Under the pieces are notes generated by a model. It had not been told where the DNA came from and made no database searches. It saw only the letters and a list, made by a program, of their open reading frames with translations. Both the position numbers and the translations under genes were made by a program. 64,000 nucleotides of DNA from a virus. The DNA lies in IMG/VR virus record IMGVR_UViG_3300021962_000028, positions 64,001-128,000 of that record; one strand, 5' to 3'. Positions 21,197-27,756 of the stretch are shown in pieces; position 1 is the first letter of the stretch, and the number at the start of each line of letters is the position of its first letter.

Positions 21197-21268
21197 TAGT
21201 CCCTGAGGGATTCGAACCCCCACTAAAACATCCGTAGTGTTTCGTGCTCTCCGTTACACCAAGAGACT
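21197..21268 (-). tRNA. tRNA-Arg(ACG)
   Basis: AAACA-CT-ACG-GA-TGTTT. Confidence 0.9.
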
Positions 21269-21274
21269 GTACAT

Positions 21275-21478
21275 CTAATTAAAGGTATATTTCATATCTT
21301 CATTAAAGATAAAAACATTACCTTCTTGAGTTATACCTAACTTACTCAAAACAATATTAAATTCTTCTTGAGTGAAAAATTTAGATTGTACCAACCTGTA
21401 ATACGAGTTTAATAAATCAACTATCTCAGGTTCTGAAATTTGATGGGTGTTTAATAATTCATTTAATTTGTCTGTCAT
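21275..21478 (-). CDS. Small hypothetical protein
   Basis: Likely start MTDKLNELL; the upstream extension in the ORF track overlaps structured RNA. Confidence 0.5.
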   Translation of the reverse strand: MTDKLNELLNTHQISEPEIVDLLNSYYRLVQSKFFTQEEFNIVLSKLGITQEGNVFIFNEDMKYTFN

Positions 21479-21504
21479 ATATTTTAGGATTTTAAGTGTC
21501 AGAA

Positions 21505-21915
21505 TAAAAAGGTCCTGAATCATCCCTCCGCCTTCTGAGGAGAACCTTTTAGTTTTTAGTATAGTTTGGCGTTCATAGTATCCCACACCGATATGACTAA
21601 GATTCGTTAGCCCATAGTAACCATCCACGGTGGGTCTGTACTCTCACCCATATTTCAGGGTTACCCTCAGAACATCTTCACCCTACCCCCAAAGTTACGT
21701 GGCGAGTCTCACTCGGAAGACAGAGTGTGTATTGTAAGATTGTTCAGTGTTCTTACAACTTGTGGATTGTATTACGACTAATTAAAGCCCCTCACCCCCT
21801 TAATCCATAATGGGGAATCCTTGTTTGTTTGTGTAGCCTCCCCCATAGCCTTGAAGCCTTCAAGTCAGGTTCACACTCCATAACGGTAGGATATTTCCGT
21901 TAATCGTGGGGTCTT
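21505..21915 (-). ncRNA. Candidate structured non-coding RNA(s), about 410 nt
   Basis: GC-enriched spacer in the tRNA operon with hairpins such as TAACGG/CCGTTA, TTGTAAGA/TCTTACAA and AAAGGT/ACCTTT. Confidence 0.45.
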
Positions 21916-21918
21916 TTG

Positions 21919-22003
21919 CGGAGGAAGTAGGATTCGAACCTACGGTACCTTGCGGTACGCTAGTTTTCAAGACTAGTGCAATCGACCACTCTGCCATTCC
22001 TCC
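21919..22003 (-). tRNA. tRNA-Ser(TGA)
   Basis: CTAGT-CT-TGA-AA-ACTAG, long variable arm. Confidence 0.93.
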
Positions 22004-22102
22004 AATTTAGGTCGTCACGAACCCATCTGTGACTTATTACTAGATACTTGTAGTTTACTTACTATAGTTTAATCCGTTACTACAAGGGAACCCAACCTAT
22101 CG

Positions 22103-22176
22103 GGTGACTAACGGGAATCGAACCCGTGACAACTTGAACCACAATCAAGTGCTCTGCCTACTGAGCTATAGCCACC
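22103..22176 (-). tRNA. tRNA-His(GTG)
   Basis: CTTGA-TT-GTG-GT-TCAAG; encoded G-1 and C73. Confidence 0.92.
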
Positions 22177-22390
22177 ATATTAATCGTTCAATCATTTTTG
22201 ACTGTCCCCAATACCGAATTTCAGCGGCAACTCACTTTTGTGAGGGGTTAGAACTTGTGTGTTAACTTACTCCTGTTACTGGTACACTAACCAACCGACT
22301 TAGACTCAAGTAATCGGCTCAGGTCCCTATGGTTGTAACACCACTTCTCATCATTCGGGAGCAAACTAGTCGTGTACTACTCGACTCGTG

Positions 22391-22492
22391 TAGTCAGGAC
22401 AGGATTCGAACCTATTCCGTCTTTGCCATAAAGAGTCATCCGTACTGTTACTCAACCTTGGGGAGGTGACACCAACCAATGGTCTCCTGACT
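22391..22492 (-). ncRNA. tRNA-like RNA with non-canonical anticodon/variable region (102 nt)
   Basis: AGTCAGG/CCTGACT acceptor stem and GGTTCGAATCC T-arm, but no standard anticodon arm. Confidence 0.65.
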
Positions 22493-22497
22493 ATTTG

Positions 22498-22631
22498 TAA
22501 TCAAGGTCGGACTCGAACCGAATACCGTTCAAGACGGATTAGACAACCTTACGACTCCATAGACCCCACAAGTGTCTGGGACTATTGGTCTTGGGGACTC
22601 GGGCACCGTCCCTCATTACGCCCACTTGATT
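22498..22631 (-). ncRNA. tRNA-like RNA with enlarged body (134 nt)
   Basis: AATCAAG/CTTGATT acceptor, GGGC/GCCC D-like stem, TCGG-TTCGAGT-CCGA T-arm. Confidence 0.65.
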
Positions 22632-22706
22632 ATTTACCCCACTTCACCAGGTTAACGGACTGGCTGCCATATGGGAGTGGGGGTTTCCCGTTAATTCGGG
22701 ACTCCG

Positions 22707-22779
22707 TGGAACGGGGCGGAATCGAACCGCCGACACCTTGCTCTTCAGGCAAGTGCTCTACCAACTGAGCTACCGTTCC
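22707..22779 (-). tRNA. tRNA-Phe(GAA)
   Basis: CTTGC-CT-GAA-GA-GCAAG (G37). Confidence 0.92.
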
Positions 22780-22784
22780 AAGTA

Positions 22785-22921
22785 TGATAATGATGGAGTA
22801 CCCGTCTCGCTCCAATCTTAACTGCTTTCCTGAGTTTTAGGAGGCCTCGGCAGAAAGGGTGATGAACTATTTTTCCATTCGGAATTGTCGACATTCCATT
22901 GAATGGTAAGAACCATTATCA
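22785..22921 (-). ncRNA. Candidate multi-stem ncRNA, about 137 nt
   Basis: Closing stem TGATAATG/CATTATCA enclosing three hairpins. Confidence 0.55.
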
Positions 22922-22932
22922 ATATTTTAAAA

Positions 22933-23159
22933 ATTGGTGAGACCTTAAGATTTACTCATTCGTGGGTCACCCCATCCGTTCTACCTAGACCTCGCCTTTA
23001 ACATCCGTTCTACCCAAACCATCGTTTTTACCTGTTAACCTTTCGGAAAACTTTGAGTACCTCCTCAATGAGTTAATCTGATAGGGGCTCCATCTTGCTC
23101 GTCATTTCTGACTCCCTATGGGGTTCTGCTGATATAGGTCTATCTGCTATCTTACCAAT
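22933..23159 (-). ncRNA. Candidate structured ncRNA, about 227 nt, with a duplicated 13-mer
   Basis: Closing stem ATTGGTAAGA/TCTCACCAAT, inner stem AGATTAACTCATT/AATGAGTAAATCT, GGTAGAACGGATG twice. Confidence 0.55.
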
Positions 23160-23167
23160 CTAATTAT

Positions 23168-23245
23168 TCAAAGAACTCTTTTGACAGGGGAGTAGGTCAC
23201 CAACTTACCAACTACCTACCCCCCTTCAACCACATTACAAATGTA
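23168..23245 (-). promoter_or_regulatory. Internal TAnnTTTG promoter, leader hairpin and boxA-like element
   Basis: tacatttg (23238-23245), a GC-rich hairpin at 23187-23224, gttctttga (23168-23176). Confidence 0.6.
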
Positions 23246-23278
23246 CGGCAAATTATTTAATTCTCCAAACATTTTTTG

Positions 23279-23350
23279 TAGTTCCTGTAGGATTCGAACC
23301 TACGACAACTTGTATGTAAAACAAGGGCTCTTCCACTGAGCTAAGGAACT
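23279..23350 (-). tRNA. tRNA-Val(TAC)
   Basis: CTTGT-TT-TAC-AT-ACAAG. Confidence 0.92.
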
Positions 23351-23356
23351 GTTAAG

Positions 23357-23428
23357 TACCGATGGGAAGAATTGAACTTCCGACACCTTCCGTATGAAAG
23401 AAGTGCTCTACCACTGAGCTACATCGGT
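23357..23428 (-). tRNA. tRNA-Met(CAT), elongator type
   Basis: Paired 1-72; TT-CAT-AC loop as in bacterial elongator Met tRNAs. Confidence 0.8.
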
Positions 23429-23482
23429 ATTTTGGTGGACGTAGACTCATCACCTACTCTTGGGTTTCCACCGAACCCCTTG

Positions 23483-23553
23483 TTGTCCCTGAAGGATTCG
23501 AACCTCCACCGCGTGGACCAAAACCACGTGTCCTGCCATTAGACCAAAGGACA
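23483..23553 (-). tRNA. tRNA-Gln(TTG)
   Basis: CGTGG-TT-TTG-GT-CCACG; U1-A72. Confidence 0.92.
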
Positions 23554-23609
23554 GTTTGACTGTTTTTCCGATATTTATAGACTGGCATAAACCTTTAATC
23601 AAATTTATA

Positions 23610-23774
23610 ATGACTAAAGAACAAATCCAAGGTATCGTTAGACACGCACTTACTTTTGTGGGTGGTATCCTGATTATGAAAGGTCTTGCAACTGATTCAA
23701 CAGTTCAAGAACTTATCGGAGCTGCAGTTACATTAGTTGGTGGTGTATGGTCAATTATTGCTAAACAGAAATAA
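23610..23774 (+). CDS. Small two-TM holin-like protein
   Basis: MTKEQIQGIVRHALTFVGG...VGGVWS; TATTTATA upstream and a terminator downstream. Confidence 0.65.
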   Translation: MTKEQIQGIVRHALTFVGGILIMKGLATDSTVQELIGAAVTLVGGVWSIIAKQK

Positions 23775-23792
23775 TTGATAACGACCTAATCG

Positions 23793-23826
23793 AAAAAGAG
23801 GGGATTTATATCCCCTTTTTTATTTT
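23793..23826. terminator. Bidirectional intrinsic terminator
   Basis: aaaaagaggggat-ttat-atccccttttt. Confidence 0.7.
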
Positions 23827-23827
23827 G

Positions 23828-23908
23828 TGGGAGTGGAGGGATTCGAACCCCCAATGTCGTAAGACCACTGATTTACAGTCAGCTAAGCAACCGTTGCTCA
23901 ACACTCCC
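23828..23908 (-). tRNA. tRNA-Tyr(GTA)
   Basis: GCTGA-CT-GTA-AA-TCAGT, long variable arm. Confidence 0.9.
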
Positions 23909-23911
23909 AAT

Positions 23912-24048
23912 TTAGGAAAACAGAAGATGGTTCAGTGGACATCTGTTTTTACGATTAGCGTTACTCGGGTGAATACCTGCAAACTCCGATTATATTAGTC
24001 AGTATTCACTCTCGAACTATCAATACAATCATTCCCTAATCAACCTAA
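23912..24048 (-). ncRNA. Candidate structured ncRNA, about 137 nt
   Basis: TTAGG/CCTAA closing stem plus GATTAG/CTAATC, GTGAATAC/GTATTCAC and AAAACAGA/TCTGTTTT stems. Confidence 0.5.
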
Positions 24049-24056
24049 TTTTTTTG

Positions 24057-24128
24057 CGGCCAGGGAGAATTACGATATCTCGACCTATCGCTTAACAGGC
24101 GATTGCTCTTCCTCTGAGCTACCTGGCC
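24057..24128 (-). tRNA. tRNA-Asn(GTT)
   Basis: ATCGC-CT-GTT-AA-GCGAT; atypical T-loop ATCGTAA. Confidence 0.88.
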
Positions 24129-24133
24129 ATTTG

Positions 24134-24206
24134 CACGCCTACCAAGATTCGAACTTGGAACAACAGTTTTGGAGACTGTGATGATAAACCGTTTCACCAT
24201 AGACGT
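24134..24206 (-). tRNA. tRNA-Trp(CCA)
   Basis: ACAGT-CT-CCA-AA-ACTGT. Confidence 0.92.
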
Positions 24207-24211
24207 ATTTG

Positions 24212-24283
24212 AGGTCGGTACAGGAATCGAACCTGTGTAGATAGTTTTGCAGACTATCGCCTAAACCACTCGGCCAACCGACC
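24212..24283 (-). tRNA. tRNA-Cys(GCA)
   Basis: ATAGT-CT-GCA-AA-ACTAT; U73. Confidence 0.93.
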
Positions 24284-24289
24284 CTATTG

Positions 24290-24364
24290 TGTCCCCGACA
24301 GGACTCGAACCTGTGACTCCCTCATTAAAAGTGAGGTGCTCTAAACCAACTGAGCTACGAAGAC
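24290..24364 (-). tRNA. tRNA-Lys(TTT)
   Basis: CCTCA-CT-TTT-AA-TGAGG. Confidence 0.93.
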
Positions 24365-24370
24365 ATTAAG

Positions 24371-24444
24371 TTGTCACAGATGGGCTCGAACCATCGACCT
24401 TTCGCGTATCAGGCGAACGCTCTAACCAACTGAGCTATGTGACA
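24371..24444 (-). tRNA. tRNA-Ile(GAT)
   Basis: TTCGC-CT-GAT-AC-GCGAA. Confidence 0.92.
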
Positions 24445-24450
24445 ATGTTG

Positions 24451-24522
24451 TCGGGGTGGCGGGAGTCGAACCCGCCGCCTCGTGTTCCCAAAACACGCGT
24501 CTCTCCTCGAGACTACACCCCG
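24451..24522 (-). tRNA. tRNA-Pro(TGG)
   Basis: CGTGT-TT-TGG-GA-ACACG; C1-G72. Confidence 0.92.
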
Positions 24523-24543
24523 TTTACTTTTCTTACCAATATG

Positions 24544-24552
24544 TCAAAGAAC
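24544..24552 (-). promoter_or_regulatory. boxA-like element (GTTCTTTGA)
   Basis: Lies between attenuator terminator 1 and the first tRNA. Confidence 0.65.
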
Positions 24553-24562
24553 ACTTTATTAC

Positions 24563-24594
24563 AAAAAAAAATCCTGAACTTTTTGAGTTCAGGA
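24563..24594 (-). terminator. Attenuator terminator 1
   Basis: UCCUGAACU-caaaa-AGUUCAGGA followed by a U-tract. Confidence 0.8.
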
Positions 24595-24631
24595 CTTTGA
24601 TATATTTGTTGTATGTTTTTCTAAAATTACA

Positions 24632-24742
24632 TTACACTAAATCATCATTAACTGAACTTGTATGCGAAATACGCGGATACGAACAATTACTAAATTGTTG
24701 TTTCCAAATCACGACGTTCATATGTTTATTAGTGTTTTTCAT
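24632..24742 (-). CDS. Leader peptide 1 (36 aa) MKNTNKHMNVVIWKQQFSNCSYPRISHTSSVNDDLV
   Basis: Not in the ORF track. A-rich start context, TAnnTTTG promoter at 24788-24795, anti-terminator AGUUCAG (24652-24658); codons match the downstream tRNAs. Confidence 0.8.
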   Translation of the reverse strand: MKNTNKHMNVVIWKQQFSNCSYPRISHTSSVNDDLV

Positions 24743-24829
24743 TTTTTCTATTTGTTGTGGTATCTCTACCTGTTTCTATAATTACTACAAAGTTACGAAA
24801 AATTACGTAATTGTCAAATATTTTTTATT

Positions 24830-25414
24830 TTATTTTAAAAAAGATAATACTTTTTCTTTAATACCAGATTGTTTTAACCCTTCATTACCTCTTGGAGTCA
24901 ATACAAAATTTTCTAAACCCCAATCGTGAACCCATTTAATCGAATACGACATCCCTTCTTTACCCATATCAAGGTCGTCGATAGCTACCCACTCAGTAAC
25001 CTCAGGATGATTCTTTAAGTATTGGTTGATTTCCAATGTACGAGTCTGTTCTAAATCCCAATCTCTATTCCAAGGGAACGAACCATCGTAGTTATTACAT
25101 TCACTTAAGTTAGGTGTAAAGGCGATTGGTTTTTTATTAATTCCTTGGGACTCGTAATACTCTCCCATTTCCTCAACGGTACACCATCTTTTCCAATCTG
25201 ATGATACCACAATTTCCGCACCAGTTTTTTCCAAGATTTCGTTAAGAACTTTAATAGCTTTCTTATTGAAATTATCAAAACGGTATTCTAATGGCATTTC
25301 CTTTGGGGTCATTGATAACTTTTGACCGTCCCATTTATTTCGTTTCTTATAACGACCACCCCACTCTGTGGATAAACAGATTACTCCGTCGTGGTCTAAA
25401 AATATAACTTTCAT
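24830..25414 (-). CDS. HAD-family phosphatase (RNA-repair-associated HAD type)
   Basis: FLDHDGV, SSDWK and AIDD motifs; start reassigned to MKVIFLD. Confidence 0.8.
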   Translation of the reverse strand: MKVIFLDHDGVICLSTEWGGRYKKRNKWDGQKLSMTPKEMPLEYRFDNFNKKAIKVLNEILEKTGAEIVVSSDWKRWCTVEEMGEYYESQGINKKPIAFTPNLSECNNYDGSFPWNRDWDLEQTRTLEINQYLKNHPEVTEWVAIDDLDMGKEGMSYSIKWVHDWGLENFVLTPRGNEGLKQSGIKEKVLSFLK

Positions 25415-25686
25415 TTTTTTTCTATTTTTTTTAAAACCATAGACGACCATTTTTGTCTTGGCCCGTTTTTCATTAACACCTCGTTGATAAAAGTCTCAGC
25501 ATCAGGAAGATTGTTGAATTTTAGAACGGTGTTGTAAGACCCACTCTCATAACATTCTTTATACTTTACGTACGACCACCATTTAAACCATAAAAATTTT
25601 TTAGATTCTTTTATACAGAAATGAACTTGGTTACTAATACCATTCTCATTAAAATAATCTTCTCTAATAATCAGGTAACTTTTCAT
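25411..25686 (-). CDS. Hypothetical protein
   Basis: 91-aa ORF after a TAnnTTTG motif. Confidence 0.5.
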   Translation of the reverse strand: MKSYLIIREDYFNENGISNQVHFCIKESKKFLWFKWWSYVKYKECYESGSYNTVLKFNNLPDAETFINEVLMKNGPRQKWSSMVLKKIEKK

Positions 25687-25701
25687 AGTACAAATATACG
25701 A

Positions 25702-25869
25702 CTATTTTTTAATAATATAACCATATTGGTTTAAAATTAGAATAATCCCTAAAATGGATAAACCAAGACAAATTATTTTAACAATAACGTCAATGAATGT
25801 TTTCTTACTCCATATAACCCCAAAGATTAGGAATATAATTGTCGCAATAATATTGAATATAAGTTGCAT
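25702..25869 (-). CDS. Small two-TM membrane protein
   Basis: Likely start MQLIFN; the longer track ORF overlaps a tRNA. Confidence 0.5.
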   Translation of the reverse strand: MQLIFNIIATIIFLIFGVIWSKKTFIDVIVKIICLGLSILGIILILNQYGYIIKK

Positions 25870-25890
25870 ATTTGTTTTTTTAGATATTTG

Positions 25891-25964
25891 TGGTCCATAC
25901 AGGACTTGAACCTGTGACCTTCTCATTATGAGTGAGCTGCTCTAACCAACTGAGCTAAAGGACC
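25891..25964 (-). tRNA. tRNA-Ile2(CAT), probably lysidine-modified and reading AUA
   Basis: GGTCCTTTAGCTCAGTTGGTTAGAGCAG...CT-CAT-AA body resembles bacterial Ile2 tRNAs. Confidence 0.75.
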
Positions 25965-25970
25965 TATTTG

Positions 25971-26043
25971 AGCCTCCTGTAGGATTCGAACCTACGACCC
26001 CTTCATTACAAGTGAAGTGCTCTACCAGCTGAGCTAAGGAGGC
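25971..26043 (-). tRNA. tRNA-Thr(TGT)
   Basis: CTTCA-CT-TGT-AA-TGAAG. Confidence 0.93.
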
Positions 26044-26328
26044 CTATTTAATTTTCTTATATACGTAAGTTATTGTGTCCCCTATTTTGTAGATATCGTC
26101 CCTATCTGTTGAGAATGCTTGTCCGCACTCTGTTTTGTAGTAATATTTTGGAGTTAATTCATTAATTGCCACAGGTTGTTTAACCCAAGAACTATCTATA
26201 ACGCATTTAACAACTTTGTCCCCTGGTTCAATTTTATTTCTATTTTCACACCCTGTTAATACAAAGGCAATAATACCAATTAATAAAAACCAAATAATGG
26301 CAAATACGTACGGTGCGAACTTTTTCAT
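26044..26328 (-). CDS. Putative lipoprotein
   Basis: Hydrophobic signal ending in LTGC. Confidence 0.55.
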   Translation of the reverse strand: MKKFAPYVFAIIWFLLIGIIAFVLTGCENRNKIEPGDKVVKCVIDSSWVKQPVAINELTPKYYYKTECGQAFSTDRDDIYKIGDTITYVYKKIK

Positions 26329-26347
26329 ATATTATTTTTTTTGTAAT

Positions 26348-26602
26348 TTAAACAACCAAATACTTTATAGAATTTTTTTTAATCCATTCTGAATCATATT
26401 TAAACTCCTTCCAATTGTCGAAGTCCTTAAGTTCTTCTAATACCTCATTAGGTACTAATGTAAACCCTTCAGGTGCAATACCATCAAATTTATGATATGC
26501 AGAATGTTCTATTTTTTCTTTCATCATTTGACAGAATAACTCACTTTTGATAAACTCATTATGTTCTTCTTCAAATACAATATCTTGATTAATATCAACC
26601 AT
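26348..26602 (-). CDS. Hypothetical protein
   Basis: 84-aa ORF. Confidence 0.5.
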   Translation of the reverse strand: MVDINQDIVFEEEHNEFIKSELFCQMMKEKIEHSAYHKFDGIAPEGFTLVPNEVLEELKDFDNWKEFKYDSEWIKKNSIKYLVV

Positions 26603-26617
26603 AATTTCTTAATTTAG

Positions 26618-26689
26618 TAGCCCCACCAAGAATCGAACTTGGAACTAATCTTTAGAAGAGATTCGTTATATCCATTTAACTATGGAGCC
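26618..26689 (-). tRNA. tRNA-Arg(TCT)
   Basis: AATCT-CT-TCT-AA-AGATT. Confidence 0.92.
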
Positions 26690-26694
26690 ATTTG

Positions 26695-26871
26695 TTAGAC
26701 TTTTTTAACTAAGTAAACGTGACCTGAGTCTGAGTTTTTAGAAAAAATATCTCTCATTTTAATTGCTTCTTCCTCGGTTTCAAATTCCCATATTTCAGAG
26801 TGACCATCTAATATGATAACAGGAACTTTAACTCCGTTAAGACTTTCCATTAATTTTACAATTACCCACAT
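26695..26871 (-). CDS. Small hypothetical protein (58 aa)
   Basis: Manual translation MWVIVKLMESLNGVKVPVIILDGHSEIWEFETEEEA...; promoter motif at 26890-26897. Confidence 0.55.
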   Translation of the reverse strand: MWVIVKLMESLNGVKVPVIILDGHSEIWEFETEEEAIKMRDIFSKNSDSGHVYLVKKV

Positions 26872-27106
26872 AATATTTTATTTACACTACAAATTTAGTA
26901 AAAATTATCCGAATTTACAAATTAAAACAACTTTTAAGTGAAAATAATATAAAAAAAATTATTACTAACAGAATTGAGTAACCGAAAACTTTATTATTTC
27001 TTTCAACCTTTTCTTTTGAACGACCTTGCCATTCATCAGAATCCCATACTTCAGAATCCCATTCTTCATTTTCCATACTTAATAAGTATTACTAAATTTA
27101 TTTGTG

Positions 27107-27178
27107 CGGTCTATGAGGGAATCGAACCCTCCTCACTACCGTGACAGGGTAGCATCCTAGCCGATGAACGAATAGACC
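27107..27178 (-). tRNA. tRNA-Asp(GTC)
   Basis: CTACC-CT-GTC-AC-GGTAG; G73. Confidence 0.92.
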
Positions 27179-27186
27179 AATTTTTG

Positions 27187-27259
27187 CGGTCCCGACGGGA
27201 TTCGAACCCGTACCTCGCACCGTGACAGGGTGGAATTGTAACCATTCAACCACGGGACC
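27187..27259 (-). tRNA. tRNA-Asp(GTC), second divergent copy
   Basis: CCACC-CT-GTC-AC-GGTGC; G73. Confidence 0.9.
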
Positions 27260-27265
27260 TTTTTG

Positions 27266-27338
27266 AGCGGAAGACGGGACTCGAACCCGCAACCCCCGAC
27301 TTGGAAGGACGGTGCTCTACCAATTGAGCTACTTCCGC
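27266..27338 (-). tRNA. tRNA-Gly(TCC)
   Basis: CCGTC-CT-TCC-AA-GTCGG; U73. Confidence 0.92.
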
Positions 27339-27418
27339 ATTTTTGGGTAGAATCAGACGCGTTCTGTCTACCGAGACCTCGTCGTTAACTTTCGTCAGAG
27401 CGGACCGAGACACTTTTG

Positions 27419-27492
27419 TTGCGGGTGAGGGACTCGAACCCCCGTCTTTGGCTTATGAGACCAAGCTGGAACCACCTCCAGTCTAACCCACG
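27419..27492 (-). tRNA. Initiator-like tRNA-Met(CAT)
   Basis: C1.A72 mismatch; TTGGT-CT-CAT-AA-GCCAA. Confidence 0.8.
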
Positions 27493-27503
27493 ATATATTA
27501 TTT

Positions 27504-27593
27504 GTTATCACTTCAGCCACATCGTGAAAGCCGCCCCTCACGCGTTGTTTAAAGGAATCCGATTGCGGCCTCATCCTACTGAGTTATGATAAC
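27504..27593 (-). ncRNA. Candidate small structured RNA (90 nt)
   Basis: GTTATCA/TGATAAC closing stem and GCCGCA-ATCG/CGA-TGTGGC inner stem. Confidence 0.45.
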
Positions 27594-27597
27594 TTTG

Positions 27598-27669
27598 TTG
27601 CGGGAGGAGGATTCGAACCTCCGACCTCAAGGTTATGAGCCTTGCGAGCTACCACTGCTCTATCCCGCG
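27598..27669 (-). tRNA. Initiator tRNA-fMet(CAT)
   Basis: CGCGGGATAGAGCAG start, C1.A72 mismatch, CAAGG-CT-CAT-AA-CCTTG. Confidence 0.88.
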
Positions 27670-27675
27670 ATGTTG

Positions 27676-27749
27676 TGGAGATGGTGAGAATCGAACTCAC
27701 CCCAGATTGATTGCAAATCATTCTCGTCGGCCTTGAGACATACACCCCC
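27676..27749 (-). tRNA. tRNA-Ala(TGC)
   Basis: G3.U70 identity pair, TT-TGC-AA loop, atypical D and anticodon stems. Confidence 0.82.
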
Positions 27750-27756
27750 ATTTTTA

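Noticed and set aside
21505-21915. RNase P RNA or group I intron
   Set aside because: I could not identify the conserved P4 motifs (GAGGAAAGUCC, ACAGAA.CCGGCUUA) or intron core elements, so it is left as an unassigned ncRNA candidate.
22466-22815. Track ORFs 22466..22768 (+) and 22630..22815 (-)
   Set aside because: They overlap tRNA-Phe and the tRNA-like RNAs, so they are probably artefacts of GC-rich RNA genes.
24456-24929. 157-aa plus-strand ORF
   Set aside because: It is antisense to tRNA-Pro, the attenuator and the HAD gene, with no protein-like features.
27344-27415. CUGACGA as a hammerhead ribozyme core; also GUGAUGAG at 23432-23480
   Set aside because: I could not find a correctly placed stem II, GAAA and cleavage triplet.
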